From an uncultured Sulfurospirillum sp. (lineage in GTDB: Bacteria; Campylobacterota; Campylobacteria; Campylobacterales; QNZT01): a stretch of DNA of 64,000 bases. The first letter of the stretch is position 1; each line of letters begins with the position of its first letter. Below are positions 19,380-29,928 of the stretch, piece by piece. The stretch lies in contig CAZNIT010000041.1 in assembly GCA_964573205.1 (NCBI GenBank), positions 422-64,421 of the forward strand, read 5' to 3'. The translations under genes and the position numbers were made by a program. Below the pieces are notes generated by a model. The model saw nothing but the letters and a program-made list of their open reading frames with translations. It ran no database searches and was not told the DNA's origin.

Positions 19380-20508
19380 ACGAAAGCTCCGACATAAGTT
19401 TTCGCATATCCGGCTTTGAATTGATCTTTGTAGGTTCGAGATTTTTTATTTCATTCTTTAAGTCTTTTACATCGCAAAAACGAACGTTGTCAACCAAAGA
19501 AAAAAGCGCTTCTTGATTGAATACATATCTGCCGCTTATTAATTTACAGTTGAAAAAAGCGGGTTCTAACGGATTGTGTCCGCCGATCCCTTTCACAAAC
19601 GATCCGCCGAGTAAGACTATATCGCTTACGGCGTAAATATTTACAAGTTCACCCATCTTATCCACAAGGATAATATCGTCGTTAAAATCTTCTCTTTCGC
19701 TAAATTTATGAAACGATAAAGAGTTCTTTTTTGCAAAATCACTTAAATATCCACCTACCTTTTCAAATCTTTGAGGATGCCTAGGAACAACCGCGATCAC
19801 TCGATCTTTAAAATCTATATTTTCCAGGATAAGCTCCTCTTCGCCCTCATGAGTACTTGCAAGAACCAAAAGCTCCTTTTGCGCTGCGGAAATCTTCTTT
19901 GTAACCGATATCTTTTGATACGCTTTTATATTACCCATCACTTTGACATTTTTCGCACCGAGTTCTTCCAGTCTCTTCGCATCTTTTTGCGATTGGGCGA
20001 AAACTTTATCTATATTTTCAAAAACCTTTTTATAAAACCACCCGAACCGAAGATATCTTTTATACGATCTGTCGGAGATTCTGGCATTTATCAAATAGGT
20101 TTGTGCTCCTCTTCTTTTCGCTATGAAAAAGAGCATATACCAAAGTTCCGCCTCCATTACGACAAGCGCTTTTTGCTCGTTGATCCAAAACGGCAAAAAT
20201 ATCTCAAAAGGGAGATATCTTCTTTGGACACCAAAACTCTTTGCCGCCTCAAAACCCGTATTCGTAATGACACTAATACGGCTTTTGACATCCGTTCGCT
20301 CAATCAAAGGAGCAAGCGCCTTTACCTCTCCCAAAGAGCAAGCGTGAAACCAGACACCTTTTGGGGCGAAAGGAGGATTTTTGTATAAAAAAAATCTAGC
20401 GGGTATGGAATTTTTATATTTTGAAAAAAAAGGAAGTATCAAAAGTATCGGCGAAGCCGCGACATACAAAAGCAGCCCCGCCAAAAAGTATAAAAAGCCA
20501 AACATCAC
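19369..20508 (-). CDS. waaA: 3-deoxy-D-manno-octulosonic acid (Kdo) transferase
   Basis: 379 aa. N-terminal membrane anchor, WFHACSLGEV motif, GT30-like C-terminal half. Confidence 0.87.
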   Translation of the reverse strand: MMFGFLYFLAGLLLYVAASPILLILPFFSKYKNSIPARFFLYKNPPFAPKGVWFHACSLGEVKALAPLIERTDVKSRISVITNTGFEAAKSFGVQRRYLPFEIFLPFWINEQKALVVMEAELWYMLFFIAKRRGAQTYLINARISDRSYKRYLRFGWFYKKVFENIDKVFAQSQKDAKRLEELGAKNVKVMGNIKAYQKISVTKKISAAQKELLVLASTHEGEEELILENIDFKDRVIAVVPRHPQRFEKVGGYLSDFAKKNSLSFHKFSEREDFNDDIILVDKMGELVNIYAVSDIVLLGGSFVKGIGGHNPLEPAFFNCKLISGRYVFNQEALFSLVDNVRFCDVKDLKNEIKNLEPTKINSKPDMRKLMSELSFVV

Positions 20509-20520
20509 GGATGCGAAGCG

Positions 20521-21276
20521 TTAAAGGCTTGCACTCTCCTGCGACCTACTCTCTTCGTCCTTTTGCTCAAATTGAGACTCAAGATACAAAATTCTACCGC
20601 AATGAGGACAAGTTGTAATCTCTTCACCTTTTATGACATTTGAATATGTATGATCGTTTATTCTCATATAGCAGCCGTAACATGCCTGTTTCCTTACGGG
20701 AACGACAGTCGTATTTTTTGCCCATCTTCTAATTTTTTCATAAAATACGATAATATTTTGACTCATTTGAGAGAGAAGTTTTTGCTTATCTTCAAATACC
20801 AAAAGTCTCTCTTGTTCGATCTTTTCGACCTCTTTTTGCGTTGTCTCTTTGAGCTCTTCAAGCTCCTCTTGCATTTTTTGGATCTTCTCTTTAGCTTCTT
20901 CTATCTGCTGAGTTTTTTGGTCGGTGATTTTATCGAGTCTCTCGATCTCTTCATTCGCGAAAGTAACCTGTTCTTTTGCTATCTCCTCTTCAAGTTGAAG
21001 CGCTTTTAACTCTTTTTCGCTCTTTATCGCCGCACTTTTTTTGTCGAAAGACTTTAATTTTTCACTAAGTTCAGCTAAATGAAGTTCATTTTTCTTTCTC
21101 TTTAATTCTGTATCCGCAAGCTCTTCTTCATACTGCTCTATCTTATCTTCAAGCGCTTTTTGCTCGGCAAGTTTCGAATCGAGCGCTTGCGAAATTTGGG
21201 CTATTTTCGGCTCGTAAGAGTCTATCTTTTTATCGATTTCAACCAGTGTTACAAGCTGTTTGATATATGGATTCAT
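20521..21276 (-). CDS. coiled-coil protein with C-terminal C4 zinc ribbon (DUF164, HP0958-like)
   Basis: 251 aa. Long heptad-rich region, then CYGC...CPHC. Paired with a NIF3 gene, as in H. pylori HP0958/HP0959. Confidence 0.8.
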   Translation of the reverse strand: MNPYIKQLVTLVEIDKKIDSYEPKIAQISQALDSKLAEQKALEDKIEQYEEELADTELKRKKNELHLAELSEKLKSFDKKSAAIKSEKELKALQLEEEIAKEQVTFANEEIERLDKITDQKTQQIEEAKEKIQKMQEELEELKETTQKEVEKIEQERLLVFEDKQKLLSQMSQNIIVFYEKIRRWAKNTTVVPVRKQACYGCYMRINDHTYSNVIKGEEITTCPHCGRILYLESQFEQKDEESRSQESASL

Positions 21277-21283
21277 AATCTGA

Positions 21284-22012
21284 TTATCCTTTGATGTGAG
21301 AAAATGGGTTTTTAGAATTGGCGATTATACCATTTAAACCCTTATTTTGCAACTCTTTTTGTAATGAGCGTGCGAAATAGCGCTCGCTTTCAAAGTGGCC
21401 TATGTCTATAAGAGATATTTTTTGCTCCTTTGCGGCGAGTGCGTCATGATATTTTATATCTCCGGTCAAAAGAGCGTCCGCTTTTAGATCATAAAGCAAA
21501 GATGCACCCGAACCGGTGCAGATAGCTGCTCTTTTTATATATTTACGGCCGTTTACGGTACGGATGTCGTTCATACCCAGTTTTGAAGCTATCTCTTTTG
21601 CGAAAGTTTCAAACTCTTTTTCCACGTCAAAATATGCCAAAAAATCTTCACTCTCACTTATATCGTATCCCAAAACGCTTTGCAAAACGTAACGATTTAG
21701 ATGTGTTTTATCATAATTCGTATGCATAGCTATGATGGAAATATCTTTCTTTATCGCATTTTTTACGATATTTGCCGGGTATTTTGAAAAATCTATCTTC
21801 ATAAGTCCTTTAAAAATCGGCGGATGATGAACGATCAGAAGAGATTCCTCGTAAATCTCTTCGAACATCGACTCCTCGATATCCAAAGAAAGATAGACCT
21901 TTTTTATCTCGGCTTCCTCTTCTCCCACTATAAGTCCGCTGTTATCCCAGCTCTCTTGAAGCTCAAAAGGACTTATCTCGTCTAATATCTCAAGATACCG
22001 GCGTAGCTTCAT
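21284..22012 (-). CDS. NIF3-family (GTP cyclohydrolase 1 type 2 homologue) protein
   Basis: 242 aa. SWDNSGL, HHPPIF and HTNYD motifs. Confidence 0.85.
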   Translation of the reverse strand: MKLRRYLEILDEISPFELQESWDNSGLIVGEEEAEIKKVYLSLDIEESMFEEIYEESLLIVHHPPIFKGLMKIDFSKYPANIVKNAIKKDISIIAMHTNYDKTHLNRYVLQSVLGYDISESEDFLAYFDVEKEFETFAKEIASKLGMNDIRTVNGRKYIKRAAICTGSGASLLYDLKADALLTGDIKYHDALAAKEQKISLIDIGHFESERYFARSLQKELQNKGLNGIIANSKNPFSHIKG

Positions 22013-22877
22013 TCACATTCTCTTTCAGACTCTCTTTATAAACCTCGGCGCACCCTTTGGCCAATTCTCTAACCTTGAGTATATAGTTTTGCCGCTCGGT
22101 AACGGAGATAGCTTTTCTGGCATCAAGCGTGTTGAAAGTGTGCGAAGCCAAAAGACAGTAATCGTATGCAGGTAGAGGAAGTCTTTCGTCAAGACATCTT
22201 TTGCACTCTTTCGCAAAATCGTCAAAATGAGAAAAAAGCATTTTCGTATCCGCAACTTCGAAATTGTATCTACTGAACTCATACTCGCTTCTTCTGTGTA
22301 CGTCGCCGTATGTGGTAATACCATGCTCGTTTTCGCTCCAAACTATATCGTAAACGCTGTCTCTGTTTTGAAGATACATCGCAAGCCTTTCGGTACCGTA
22401 TGTTATCTCGACCGCAACCGGATCGCAAACAAATCCGCCGACCTGCTGAAAATATGTAAATTGAGTTACTTCCATTCCATCGAGCCAAACTTCCCAACCA
22501 AGCCCCCAAGCTCCGAGCGTCGGCGACTCCCAGTTGTCTTCGACAAATCTTACGTCATGTTCTCTTAGATCAAGTCCCAAAGCTTCCAAACTCTTTAGAT
22601 AAAGCTCTTGGATATTGTCCGGACTCGGCTGTATAATAACCTGAAACTGATAGTAAGCTCCAAGACGGTTAGGATTTTCTCCGTATCTCCCGTCCGTCGG
22701 ACGACGACTCGGCGCCACATATGCCGCCGCCCACGGAGTTGGATCAAGCGTTTTTAAAAATGTAGCGTTATGAAAAGTTCCGGCACCGGAGGGGATATCG
22801 TAAGGCTGTACGATCGCACACCCTCGATCGGCCCAATAGGTCTGTAATTTTAAAAGCATCTGTGAAAAATTCAGCAA
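21990..22877 (-). CDS. glyQ: glycine--tRNA ligase alpha subunit
   Basis: 295 aa. [10 protein letters not shown] and [18 protein letters not shown] are near-invariant GlyQ segments. Confidence 0.95.
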   Translation of the reverse strand: MLNFSQMLLKLQTYWADRGCAIVQPYDIPSGAGTFHNATFLKTLDPTPWAAAYVAPSRRPTDGRYGENPNRLGAYYQFQVIIQPSPDNIQELYLKSLEALGLDLREHDVRFVEDNWESPTLGAWGLGWEVWLDGMEVTQFTYFQQVGGFVCDPVAVEITYGTERLAMYLQNRDSVYDIVWSENEHGITTYGDVHRRSEYEFSRYNFEVADTKMLFSHFDDFAKECKRCLDERLPLPAYDYCLLASHTFNTLDARKAISVTERQNYILKVRELAKGCAEVYKESLKENVNEATPVS

Positions 22878-22915
22878 ATAATTTCCTTAAATTTTAAAGT
22901 AGTTTATATTTAATA

Positions 22916-23167
22916 TCAGGCGATACCAAGCTCTTTATCTATCTTCTTTTGATCAAAACCGCATATCCATCTGCTTCCTACAAGTACCACAGGTACTCCT
23001 CTGCAACCGTGATTCTCACAATCTTTGGCGGCTTTTTGATCCTTTGTTATGTCAATCTCTCTGAACTTGATGCTATTTTTTTTGAAGTGCTGTTTTGCCA
23101 CCGTACACCAATGGCAAGTCGGTGAAGTAAATAAAACTACTCTTTTTTGTTTTCTTTTCTCACTCAA
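22916..23167 (-). CDS. glutaredoxin-like small redox protein
   Basis: 83 aa thioredoxin fold with a CHWC active-site motif. Confidence 0.75.
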   Translation of the reverse strand: MSEKRKQKRVVLFTSPTCHWCTVAKQHFKKNSIKFREIDITKDQKAAKDCENHGCRGVPVVLVGSRWICGFDQKKIDKELGIA

Positions 23168-23525
23168 AAGAACTCCTTTTTGAATAATTTTCGATAGCTT
23201 GATTCCACATCATTTTGTATTTTCGTCTGGTAAACTCGAGCTCCTCTTGAAGATCGTATATCTCCTTTTTCAAAAGCTCCATAAGTTCACGATCTTCGCC
23301 GTAGAGTTTTTGAATATCAAGAAGAGTCTCCTTCAAGAAAGTGTTTTCATCTTTCAAAACTTTGATTTGATCATCTTTGGATAGAAGAATCTCTTCATGA
23401 AGAGCCAAAATACTCTTGAAACTTTTGTTTATAAGCTCTTTTAGATCTTCTTGAGAAAAAGTTGCGGTTTGGGTCGATACTTCCAGCATCTTTTCGTCCA
23501 GATCCTCTTCCCACTCGCTTCTCAT
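23160..23525 (-). CDS. hypothetical acidic coiled-coil protein
   Basis: 121 aa, heptad-rich. 8-nt overlap with the glutaredoxin-like gene. No motif recognised. Confidence 0.5.
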   Translation of the reverse strand: MRSEWEEDLDEKMLEVSTQTATFSQEDLKELINKSFKSILALHEEILLSKDDQIKVLKDENTFLKETLLDIQKLYGEDRELMELLKKEIYDLQEELEFTRRKYKMMWNQAIENYSKRSSFE

Positions 23526-23528
23526 AAA

Positions 23529-24023
23529 TTAGAGCCTTACTTCGATATCCAAAGAATCGCTTTCGACTTTTTTGGCTTTTAGTATTCGATCTTCTTGAAG
23601 TTTCACTTTAAGGTCGTTATCTTCAAGCGCTAAAATCTGCATAGCCAAATAAGCGGCGTTTACCGCACCGGCTTTACCCATAGCAACTGTCGCCACCGGC
23701 ATACCCGACGGCATCTGAACCGTCGAGAGCATAGCATCCATACCGTCCATCGCACCGCCTTTCATAGGAATACCGATGACCGGTTTTATGGTAATGGCCG
23801 CGATAGCTCCGGCAAGATGAGCCGCCATCCCGGCTGCCGCGATGAAGACTCTAGCACCCTTCTCTTCCGCCTCTTTGACATAAGAATGGGTTCGTTGCGG
23901 ACTTCTGTGAGCGGAAGATATTATAAGCTCATGCAGTACTCCGAATTTATCGAGTGTGTTGGCACACTCTTTTACGACATCATAATCGCTCTTACTTCCG
24001 AGAATAATCGAAACGAATTTCAA
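23529..24023 (-). CDS. purE: 5-(carboxyamino)imidazole ribonucleotide mutase
   Basis: 164 aa. SAHRSP and AAGMAAHLAG motifs. Confidence 0.92.
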   Translation of the reverse strand: MKFVSIILGSKSDYDVVKECANTLDKFGVLHELIISSAHRSPQRTHSYVKEAEEKGARVFIAAAGMAAHLAGAIAAITIKPVIGIPMKGGAMDGMDAMLSTVQMPSGMPVATVAMGKAGAVNAAYLAMQILALEDNDLKVKLQEDRILKAKKVESDSLDIEVRL

Positions 24024-24079
24024 AACCGACTCCTAAAACTTAGTATTGTTGGATTATTTTATCAAATTTGTGCTTGAAA

Positions 24080-25342
24080 TTACCGAGCTTTTTGCCGCAT
24101 GATCGAAAATGCAGGAAGTTTTGCGGGCAACTTTATCGGTTTTAGATATCCGCTATGTACGCTTTGAAGCTCTTTACCTTCGTTTGTAACGATCTTGTTA
24201 AACTCTATGAACCAGTTATCGCCTTTTTTATATATCTTGCCGATTTCATTTTCACATTCATTCACATTCGTACGCGGTGGAAATATAAGCTCTATGGGAA
24301 CATTCGGATATGTTTTGTACTTGCACATAAAGTGCTCTTCATCCTCCAAAACGAGTCCGCTAACCTCATATGTCCCGTCACTCATAGCGGTTTCGAGATT
24401 TTGAGTATCGTCTCTGTCGTAAGGGCGTTGAAACAGATAAGCGTCGCTAAATCCCCTATGTTTAGTCGTAAGAAGCTCTTTTTCGTACCTTTTGGCATCG
24501 AATTTTCTAGCGTAAAAATCATCTATCGCAAAACGGTAACTTCTTGCGGTTATAGCCGTATAATAAGAACTTTTCGTTCGTCCTTCGATCTTGAGAGAGT
24601 CTATAACCCCGCTTTTTAAAATTTCATCAATGTGCGAAATCATATTCATATCTTTAGCGTTCATAATATGAGTACCGTTTTCATCCTGCTCTATCTTCAT
24701 CAAAACGCCGTTGTCGGGATTTTCCGCATAAAGAGTATAATCGAATCGGCAATCGTTCGCGCAACTTCCTCTGTTTGGAACCCTTCCGCTTTGTAAAGAG
24801 CTAATAAGACATCTACCGCTATATGCAAAACACATCGAACCGTGTACAAAAATCTCTAGCTCCAATTTCGGAAGATGCTTTTTTATCCGGATAAGATCTT
24901 TGAGACTGATCTCTCTTGCGGCGATGATTCTCTCCACTCCCATCTCATAAAATACTTCGGCGTCAAGATAATTCAGCACGTTTGCTTGGGTGGAGAGATG
25001 AAGAGGAATATCCGGCACTATCTCTTTGGCCATTTTGATAACCCCGGGCGTGGAAACGATAAGAGCGTCCGGATTCATTGCGGCGATCTTCTCTATATGC
25101 TCGCCGACCATTTTAAGTTGGTTGTTAAAAGGAAATCCGTTTATAGTGACATATATCTTTTTATTTAATTTATGGGTATAATCGATAGCCTCTTTGAAGC
25201 TTTCATACGTGAACTCTTTACCGGATCTTATACGAAGAGAGAAGTGACTGACACCTCCATAAACGGCATCCGCTCCGTAAGCTAGTGCGATTTTTAATTT
25301 TTCAAAATTTCCCGCAGGGGAGAGAAGTTCTACTTTTTTCAC
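24080..25342 (-). CDS. peptidase U32 family protein
   Basis: 420 aa. U32 signature EIFVHGSMCFAYSGRC. Confidence 0.85.
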   Translation of the reverse strand: MKKVELLSPAGNFEKLKIALAYGADAVYGGVSHFSLRIRSGKEFTYESFKEAIDYTHKLNKKIYVTINGFPFNNQLKMVGEHIEKIAAMNPDALIVSTPGVIKMAKEIVPDIPLHLSTQANVLNYLDAEVFYEMGVERIIAAREISLKDLIRIKKHLPKLELEIFVHGSMCFAYSGRCLISSLQSGRVPNRGSCANDCRFDYTLYAENPDNGVLMKIEQDENGTHIMNAKDMNMISHIDEILKSGVIDSLKIEGRTKSSYYTAITARSYRFAIDDFYARKFDAKRYEKELLTTKHRGFSDAYLFQRPYDRDDTQNLETAMSDGTYEVSGLVLEDEEHFMCKYKTYPNVPIELIFPPRTNVNECENEIGKIYKKGDNWFIEFNKIVTNEGKELQSVHSGYLKPIKLPAKLPAFSIMRQKAR

Positions 25343-25412
25343 TACCGTATCCTGTTCGCCGCTATTTATACGAGCTTTTTTGCAACTATAACAGGATATG
25401 TTTACAGTAGGC

Positions 25413-26126
25413 TTATTTTTTACCGAAACTCTCTAGCAAAGCTTCTATCTCTTCATTGTTGACAAGTTCGTCAGTATCGGTATCGCCGGCGATGTGAACG
25501 GCCGACGTCACTCTTTTCGCATCTTCAAGATCGGAAGCAAACAGTGAATTCATATATTTAGAAAGCGCTCTCATGACATTTATGACTCTTTCTATCTTTT
25601 GTCTGTGGATATCTTGATACTGCATGATATCCATAATCATCATGATCTCATCAGCACCGAATTGCGACTTTTCAATGACGCTTTTTGCATGTTCGACCGC
25701 TTTTTTATTCTCACCCAGCAATTCGGTAAAAGTTTCTATATCCGGAAATTTTTCACTAAGTTTTTCAAAAACTTCTATATTTCGTTCAAGTATCGTTACC
25801 GAAGTGTTGCAATCCTCCTCTATATCGAGCATAAAATTATTGATCTCTTCGAGTTTATCCATAATCTCGGTAGCTTTTTTCTCGGAGTCTTTAGTGACAT
25901 TATCAAGCTGATTCACTACTTGATGATCTTCCGTAGGCGGTGGAGGCGGCCACTGTTTTCTCGCATCGACTCTGTAATTTTCCTGATCGATCACGATTTT
26001 GCTCGGCTCCTCTTGCGAATCCAACTCCTGCGATTTGACTTCGTTTTCGCTCGATTCTTCTTCCAAAAGCGCCACCTCTTCATCAATATCCCCCGCCATC
26101 AACGCATCCAGCTCTTCTTGTGTCAT
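25413..26126 (-). CDS. cheZ: CheZ-like chemotaxis phosphatase (epsilonproteobacterial type)
   Basis: 237 aa. Acidic N-terminal half. The C-terminal segment MQYQDIHRQKIERV has D and Q at i/i+4, like the E. coli CheZ D143/Q147 active site. The terminal EEIEALLESFG resembles a CheY-docking peptide. Confidence 0.6.
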   Translation of the reverse strand: MTQEELDALMAGDIDEEVALLEEESSENEVKSQELDSQEEPSKIVIDQENYRVDARKQWPPPPPTEDHQVVNQLDNVTKDSEKKATEIMDKLEEINNFMLDIEEDCNTSVTILERNIEVFEKLSEKFPDIETFTELLGENKKAVEHAKSVIEKSQFGADEIMMIMDIMQYQDIHRQKIERVINVMRALSKYMNSLFASDLEDAKRVTSAVHIAGDTDTDELVNNEEIEALLESFGKK

Positions 26127-26148
26127 TGTCTTATCTCCTTCCTATATT

Positions 26149-26466
26149 TTATGCGAAATCTTCAAGTAACTCTCGTATCTCTTTTTGCGTTACCGTCGTC
26201 TCGTCCTCTTTTGATGTCAACATATTATCCATCATCAAACGAATGATTTTCTTACGACTTTTTGCGGCTAACTCCTCTATCTCCTTCAAAAGTTTTCGCA
26301 CCTCTTCATTATTGTTCGTAGAGTCGTCTTTTATAGCTAAAAACAGTTTCTGTACATCTTCTTCGATAGAGACCAATTGCCATATCAGATCGTTTTTCTC
26401 CATTTCCATCTCATCGTTAAAAAGATCCATGATAAAATCCCGTTTATTTATTTGATAAACACACAT
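26149..26466 (-). CDS. hypothetical small acidic protein upstream of cheZ
   Basis: 105 aa, or 93 aa from the Met at 26430. Ends in KEIRELLEDFA. Separated from the cheZ-like gene by 22 nt on the same strand. Confidence 0.5.
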   Translation of the reverse strand: MCVYQINKRDFIMDLFNDEMEMEKNDLIWQLVSIEEDVQKLFLAIKDDSTNNNEEVRKLLKEIEELAAKSRKKIIRLMMDNMLTSKEDETTVTQKEIRELLEDFA

Positions 26467-26528
26467 TTTTATTTATGCTATACTAATGACCATATCGACA
26501 CTTTTAAAAATAATTTGAGGAAAAAATA

Positions 26529-27308
26529 TTGATAGCGGATCTTCACAACCACACCACTTTGTGCAATCATGCGACAGGTTCAATCGATGAATATATTCAA
26601 AAAGCGATAGAAAAAAATACGGCATATTTCGGATTTAGCGATCATGCACCGATGAATTTCGACCAAAAATATCGTATGAGCTTTGAAGAGATGACTCTAT
26701 ATGAAACAAATATTTTAAGTGCAAAAACAAGATATGAAGGTAAAATTGAAATACTCTTAGGTTATGAAGTCGATTATCTTCCCGGATATATCGACAAAAG
26801 AGTACTTGAAGCGAAGGTTGATTATTTGATAGGTTCCGTTCATTTCATCGGCAAATGGGGTTTTGACAATCCGGAATTTATAGGAAACTATAAAAATAAA
26901 GATATCGATAGAATTTGGCAGGAATATTTCGACGCTATCAAGATGCTCGCAGAAAGCGGGCTTTTTGACATAGTCGGACATCTTGATCTTATAAAGGTAT
27001 TTAATTTTCTACCTAAAAAAGATATAAGGCTCATAGCAAAAGAGGCTCTTTTGGCGATTAAAAAAGCGGATATGGTGATCGAGCTTAATATGTCCGGTCT
27101 TCGTAAACCCGTAAAAGAGGCATATCCGTCACAAAAACTGCTGCAAGAGATAAAGGCTCTTGATATTCCCATCACCTTTGGAAGCGACGCGCACAAACCC
27201 GAAGATATCTCACTCTTCGCAAAGGAGATAAAAGATACGGCAAAAAGTGTCGGATATGAGAAATGTGCGATTTTTAAAGATAGACAAAGAGAAATGATTA
27301 ATTTTTAG
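26529..27308 (+). CDS. histidinol-phosphatase, PHP family
   Basis: 259 aa. TTG start behind a GAGGA RBS. DLHNHTTLCNH, GSVH and FGSDAH metal-ligand motifs. Confidence 0.82.
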   Translation: MIADLHNHTTLCNHATGSIDEYIQKAIEKNTAYFGFSDHAPMNFDQKYRMSFEEMTLYETNILSAKTRYEGKIEILLGYEVDYLPGYIDKRVLEAKVDYLIGSVHFIGKWGFDNPEFIGNYKNKDIDRIWQEYFDAIKMLAESGLFDIVGHLDLIKVFNFLPKKDIRLIAKEALLAIKKADMVIELNMSGLRKPVKEAYPSQKLLQEIKALDIPITFGSDAHKPEDISLFAKEIKDTAKSVGYEKCAIFKDRQREMINF

Positions 27309-27340
27309 GCAATTCTTTCATCTAAGTTTTTATTAGCATT

Positions 27341-27349
27341 TGATATAAT
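27341..27349 (+). promoter_or_regulatory. extended -10 element (TGATATAAT) upstream of glnA
   Basis: TGnTATAAT lies 32 nt upstream of the glnA ATG. Confidence 0.45.
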
Positions 27350-27380
27350 ATCTTCACTTTTTAAATTTACAGGAGAAAAA

Positions 27381-28811
27381 ATGGGAAAATTCGTTAACAA
27401 TGTAGATGAGTTCTTCAAGTTTTGTGAAGAGAATGAGGTTGAGTTCGTGGACTTTAGATTTACCGATATTAAAGGCGCATGGCATCATATAAGCTACAGA
27501 ATGAGCGCGGTAAAACCTGAGATGCTTGAAGCGGGACTTCCGTTTGACGGCTCTTCCATCGAAGCTTGGCAGCCAATCAACAAATCGGACATGCTTTTAA
27601 AACCGGATATTCCGACAGCATTTTTAGATCCTTTTACGGCCGATCCTACTATAATAGTGTTTTGTGACGTTTACGATATCTATAAAGATCAAGCATATGA
27701 AAAATGTCCAAGAAGTATTGCCAAAAAAACTCTCAAATACCTCGCTGAAAGCGGCATAGGTGACGAAGCTTTCTTTGGTCCTGAAAATGAATTTTTTATT
27801 TTCGAAGATGTTCAAATATGGGCCGGCATAAACGAAGCCGGTTATAGAGTCGAAAGTGACGAGGGTGAGTGGAACGACAGCAGATTCAACCCCGAATATA
27901 TGAATACGGGTCACAGACCTAGAACAAAAGGCGGTTACTTTCCGGTAATGCCAACAGACAGTATGGTCGATCTAAGAGCCGAGATGATGCAAGTTCTCGA
28001 AGAAGTCGGTCTTGAAGTGGTTCTAGGACACCATGAAGTCGCGCAAGCTCAAGGAGAGATCGGTATAAAATTCAGCACTCTCGTAGAGGCGGCCGATAAT
28101 GTTCAAAAATATAAATACGTAGTAAAAATGGTAGCTCACCTAAACGGTAAAACGGCTACATTTATGCCGAAACCTCTATACGGAGATAACGGAAACGGTA
28201 TGCATGTTCACCAATCTATCTGGAAAAACGGTAAAAATATCTTTTATGAAGCGGGCGAATACGCGAACCTAAGCCAAACCGCACTTCACTATCTTGGAGG
28301 TATCTTCAAACATGCTAATGCCGTTGCAGCATTTACAAATCCTTCAACAAACTCTTACAAGAGACTTATTCCCGGATTTGAAGCGCCTTCAATCTTAACT
28401 TACTCAAGCCAAAACAGATCGGCTGCTTGTCGTATTCCATACGGTGCCGGTGAAATGGCTACGAGAGTTGAGACTAGATTCCCTGATTCTACAGCTTGTC
28501 CGTATCTTGCGTTTTCGGTTCTGCTTCTTGCCGGACTTGACGGCATAAAAAACAAAGATATGCCTGTCGGACCTATGGATGAAGATCTTTTTGAGCTAAC
28601 TCTTGATGAGATCAGAAAGAAAAAAATCCCTCAAATGCCTCACACTCTAAGAGAGTCTCTTGAAGGATTGATCGCCGATAACTCATTTTTAACTCAAGTT
28701 ATGACGGATGAATTTATCGATACTTACCAAAACTATCAATTCGAAAGACAAGTATGGCCTGATGAAGCCAGACCGACAGCGTTCGAGTATCAATCAACTT
28801 ACTCATGCTAG
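27381..28811 (+). CDS. glnA: glutamine synthetase type I
   Basis: 476 aa. [24 protein letters not shown] and NSYKRL motifs. Confidence 0.95.
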   Translation: MGKFVNNVDEFFKFCEENEVEFVDFRFTDIKGAWHHISYRMSAVKPEMLEAGLPFDGSSIEAWQPINKSDMLLKPDIPTAFLDPFTADPTIIVFCDVYDIYKDQAYEKCPRSIAKKTLKYLAESGIGDEAFFGPENEFFIFEDVQIWAGINEAGYRVESDEGEWNDSRFNPEYMNTGHRPRTKGGYFPVMPTDSMVDLRAEMMQVLEEVGLEVVLGHHEVAQAQGEIGIKFSTLVEAADNVQKYKYVVKMVAHLNGKTATFMPKPLYGDNGNGMHVHQSIWKNGKNIFYEAGEYANLSQTALHYLGGIFKHANAVAAFTNPSTNSYKRLIPGFEAPSILTYSSQNRSAACRIPYGAGEMATRVETRFPDSTACPYLAFSVLLLAGLDGIKNKDMPVGPMDEDLFELTLDEIRKKKIPQMPHTLRESLEGLIADNSFLTQVMTDEFIDTYQNYQFERQVWPDEARPTAFEYQSTYSC

Positions 28812-28814
28812 TAA

Positions 28815-28850
28815 AACACAAAGAAGAGAATTACCTCTCTTCTTTGTGTT
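28815..28850 (+). terminator. strong stem-loop after glnA
   Basis: Perfect 15-bp stem (AACACAAAGAAGAGA / TCTCTTCTTTGTGTT) with a 6-nt loop. There is no clean T-run beyond the stem. Confidence 0.6.
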
Positions 28851-29002
28851 ACCACACCTCCCAATAAATAATATAAATCGTTCACTAATTCAATTTTACA
28901 AAATCTAAAAAAGCCTAAACAATCAATCATACACTAATACTTCGGTAATGTTAAAAATCTACAATCTCACTATCTAAATTATATGAACATTCAGGAGTCA
29001 AT

Positions 29003-29815
29003 ATGAAAAACGGATTAATTTTCTCACTAATTCTTTTAACGAATCTTGCATACGGTTTTCAAGATAGTGACTTAGACGCGATAGAAGACGATTTTGATCT
29101 CTGTCCGAATACGCCGTTTGACGCTAAAGTTAACCGATACGGTTGTGACATATCCGCCACGACCACGGCACCGTCTAAATCTAAAATCCACATGACTATA
29201 AGTATCGGTACAACTTATAGTACCGATAAAAAATACGATGATGACTCTTCTATAAATTTTTATGCAAATTTTTTTTATGATAGATGGAATCTTGCACTCT
29301 CTAATATTCGCTCGATGAACAAAACCGACTACAGTCAAAACTACGATAATACGGATGATGATATCTATCTATCTTTGGGATATACATATTATATGCGACA
29401 AAATAGCATAAAACTCATTGGCGGTACTAAAATTACCGCGGACGACACATCAAACGGCAATCGTGATAATGACTACTTCGGTGCTATCTCACTTAGTCGT
29501 TTTTTCCGTACGAAACAAGATATTTTCCTATATTACGGTTATACGATCAGCGGTGATAGTCCTACATACGACTATCAAGATTACTCCACATTTTCTATCG
29601 GCAGCGGTTATCAATTTGGTAAAAATTATTACAGTGCGATATCTTATAACTATACGGGCTCAATTTATGACGATGCAAAAGCACAGGAAAATATTTTATG
29701 GTACAACAATTACAACCTTAACGAAAACCTTTTTATAACAGGTACATATAGTTACGCTCTCAAAGATTTTTCATATGACAACACCTTCACACTAGCTTTC
29801 GGTTTGCGTTTTTGA
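29003..29815 (+). CDS. putative outer-membrane beta-barrel protein with N-terminal thrombospondin-type-3-like motif
   Basis: 270 aa. Signal peptide. DSDLDAIEDDFDLCPNTP...GC resembles the DxDxDGxxDxxDxCP calcium-binding repeat of OmpA-like proteins. The body is Tyr/Gly/Asn-rich with alternating pattern and ends in FGLRF (terminal Phe). Confidence 0.55.
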   Translation: MKNGLIFSLILLTNLAYGFQDSDLDAIEDDFDLCPNTPFDAKVNRYGCDISATTTAPSKSKIHMTISIGTTYSTDKKYDDDSSINFYANFFYDRWNLALSNIRSMNKTDYSQNYDNTDDDIYLSLGYTYYMRQNSIKLIGGTKITADDTSNGNRDNDYFGAISLSRFFRTKQDIFLYYGYTISGDSPTYDYQDYSTFSIGSGYQFGKNYYSAISYNYTGSIYDDAKAQENILWYNNYNLNENLFITGTYSYALKDFSYDNTFTLAFGLRF

Positions 29816-29928
29816 GGTAATACTAAAGTAATAAAAAGGTAAGAATCAGGTAACAGTATAATTCTATAATTTTAATATCTAAACGGTTAACCTTTAGATA
29901 ATTTCATTTCATATAGAAAGGACATATT

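Noticed and set aside
19771-20388. Long antisense ORFs opposite well-supported genes. Examples: 19771..20388 opposite waaA, 25599..26246 opposite cheZ, 24155..24619 opposite U32, 9982..10431 opposite lysS, 11897..12280 opposite glyA, 37572..37955 opposite prs, 47556..47948 opposite Sel1, 61036..61467 opposite metY
   Set aside because: All lie fully inside genes with strong family motifs on the other strand. They have Ser/Phe/Leu/Arg-rich shadow-frame composition and lack RBS or motif support. This is typical of low-GC genomes, where stop codons are depleted in antisense frames.
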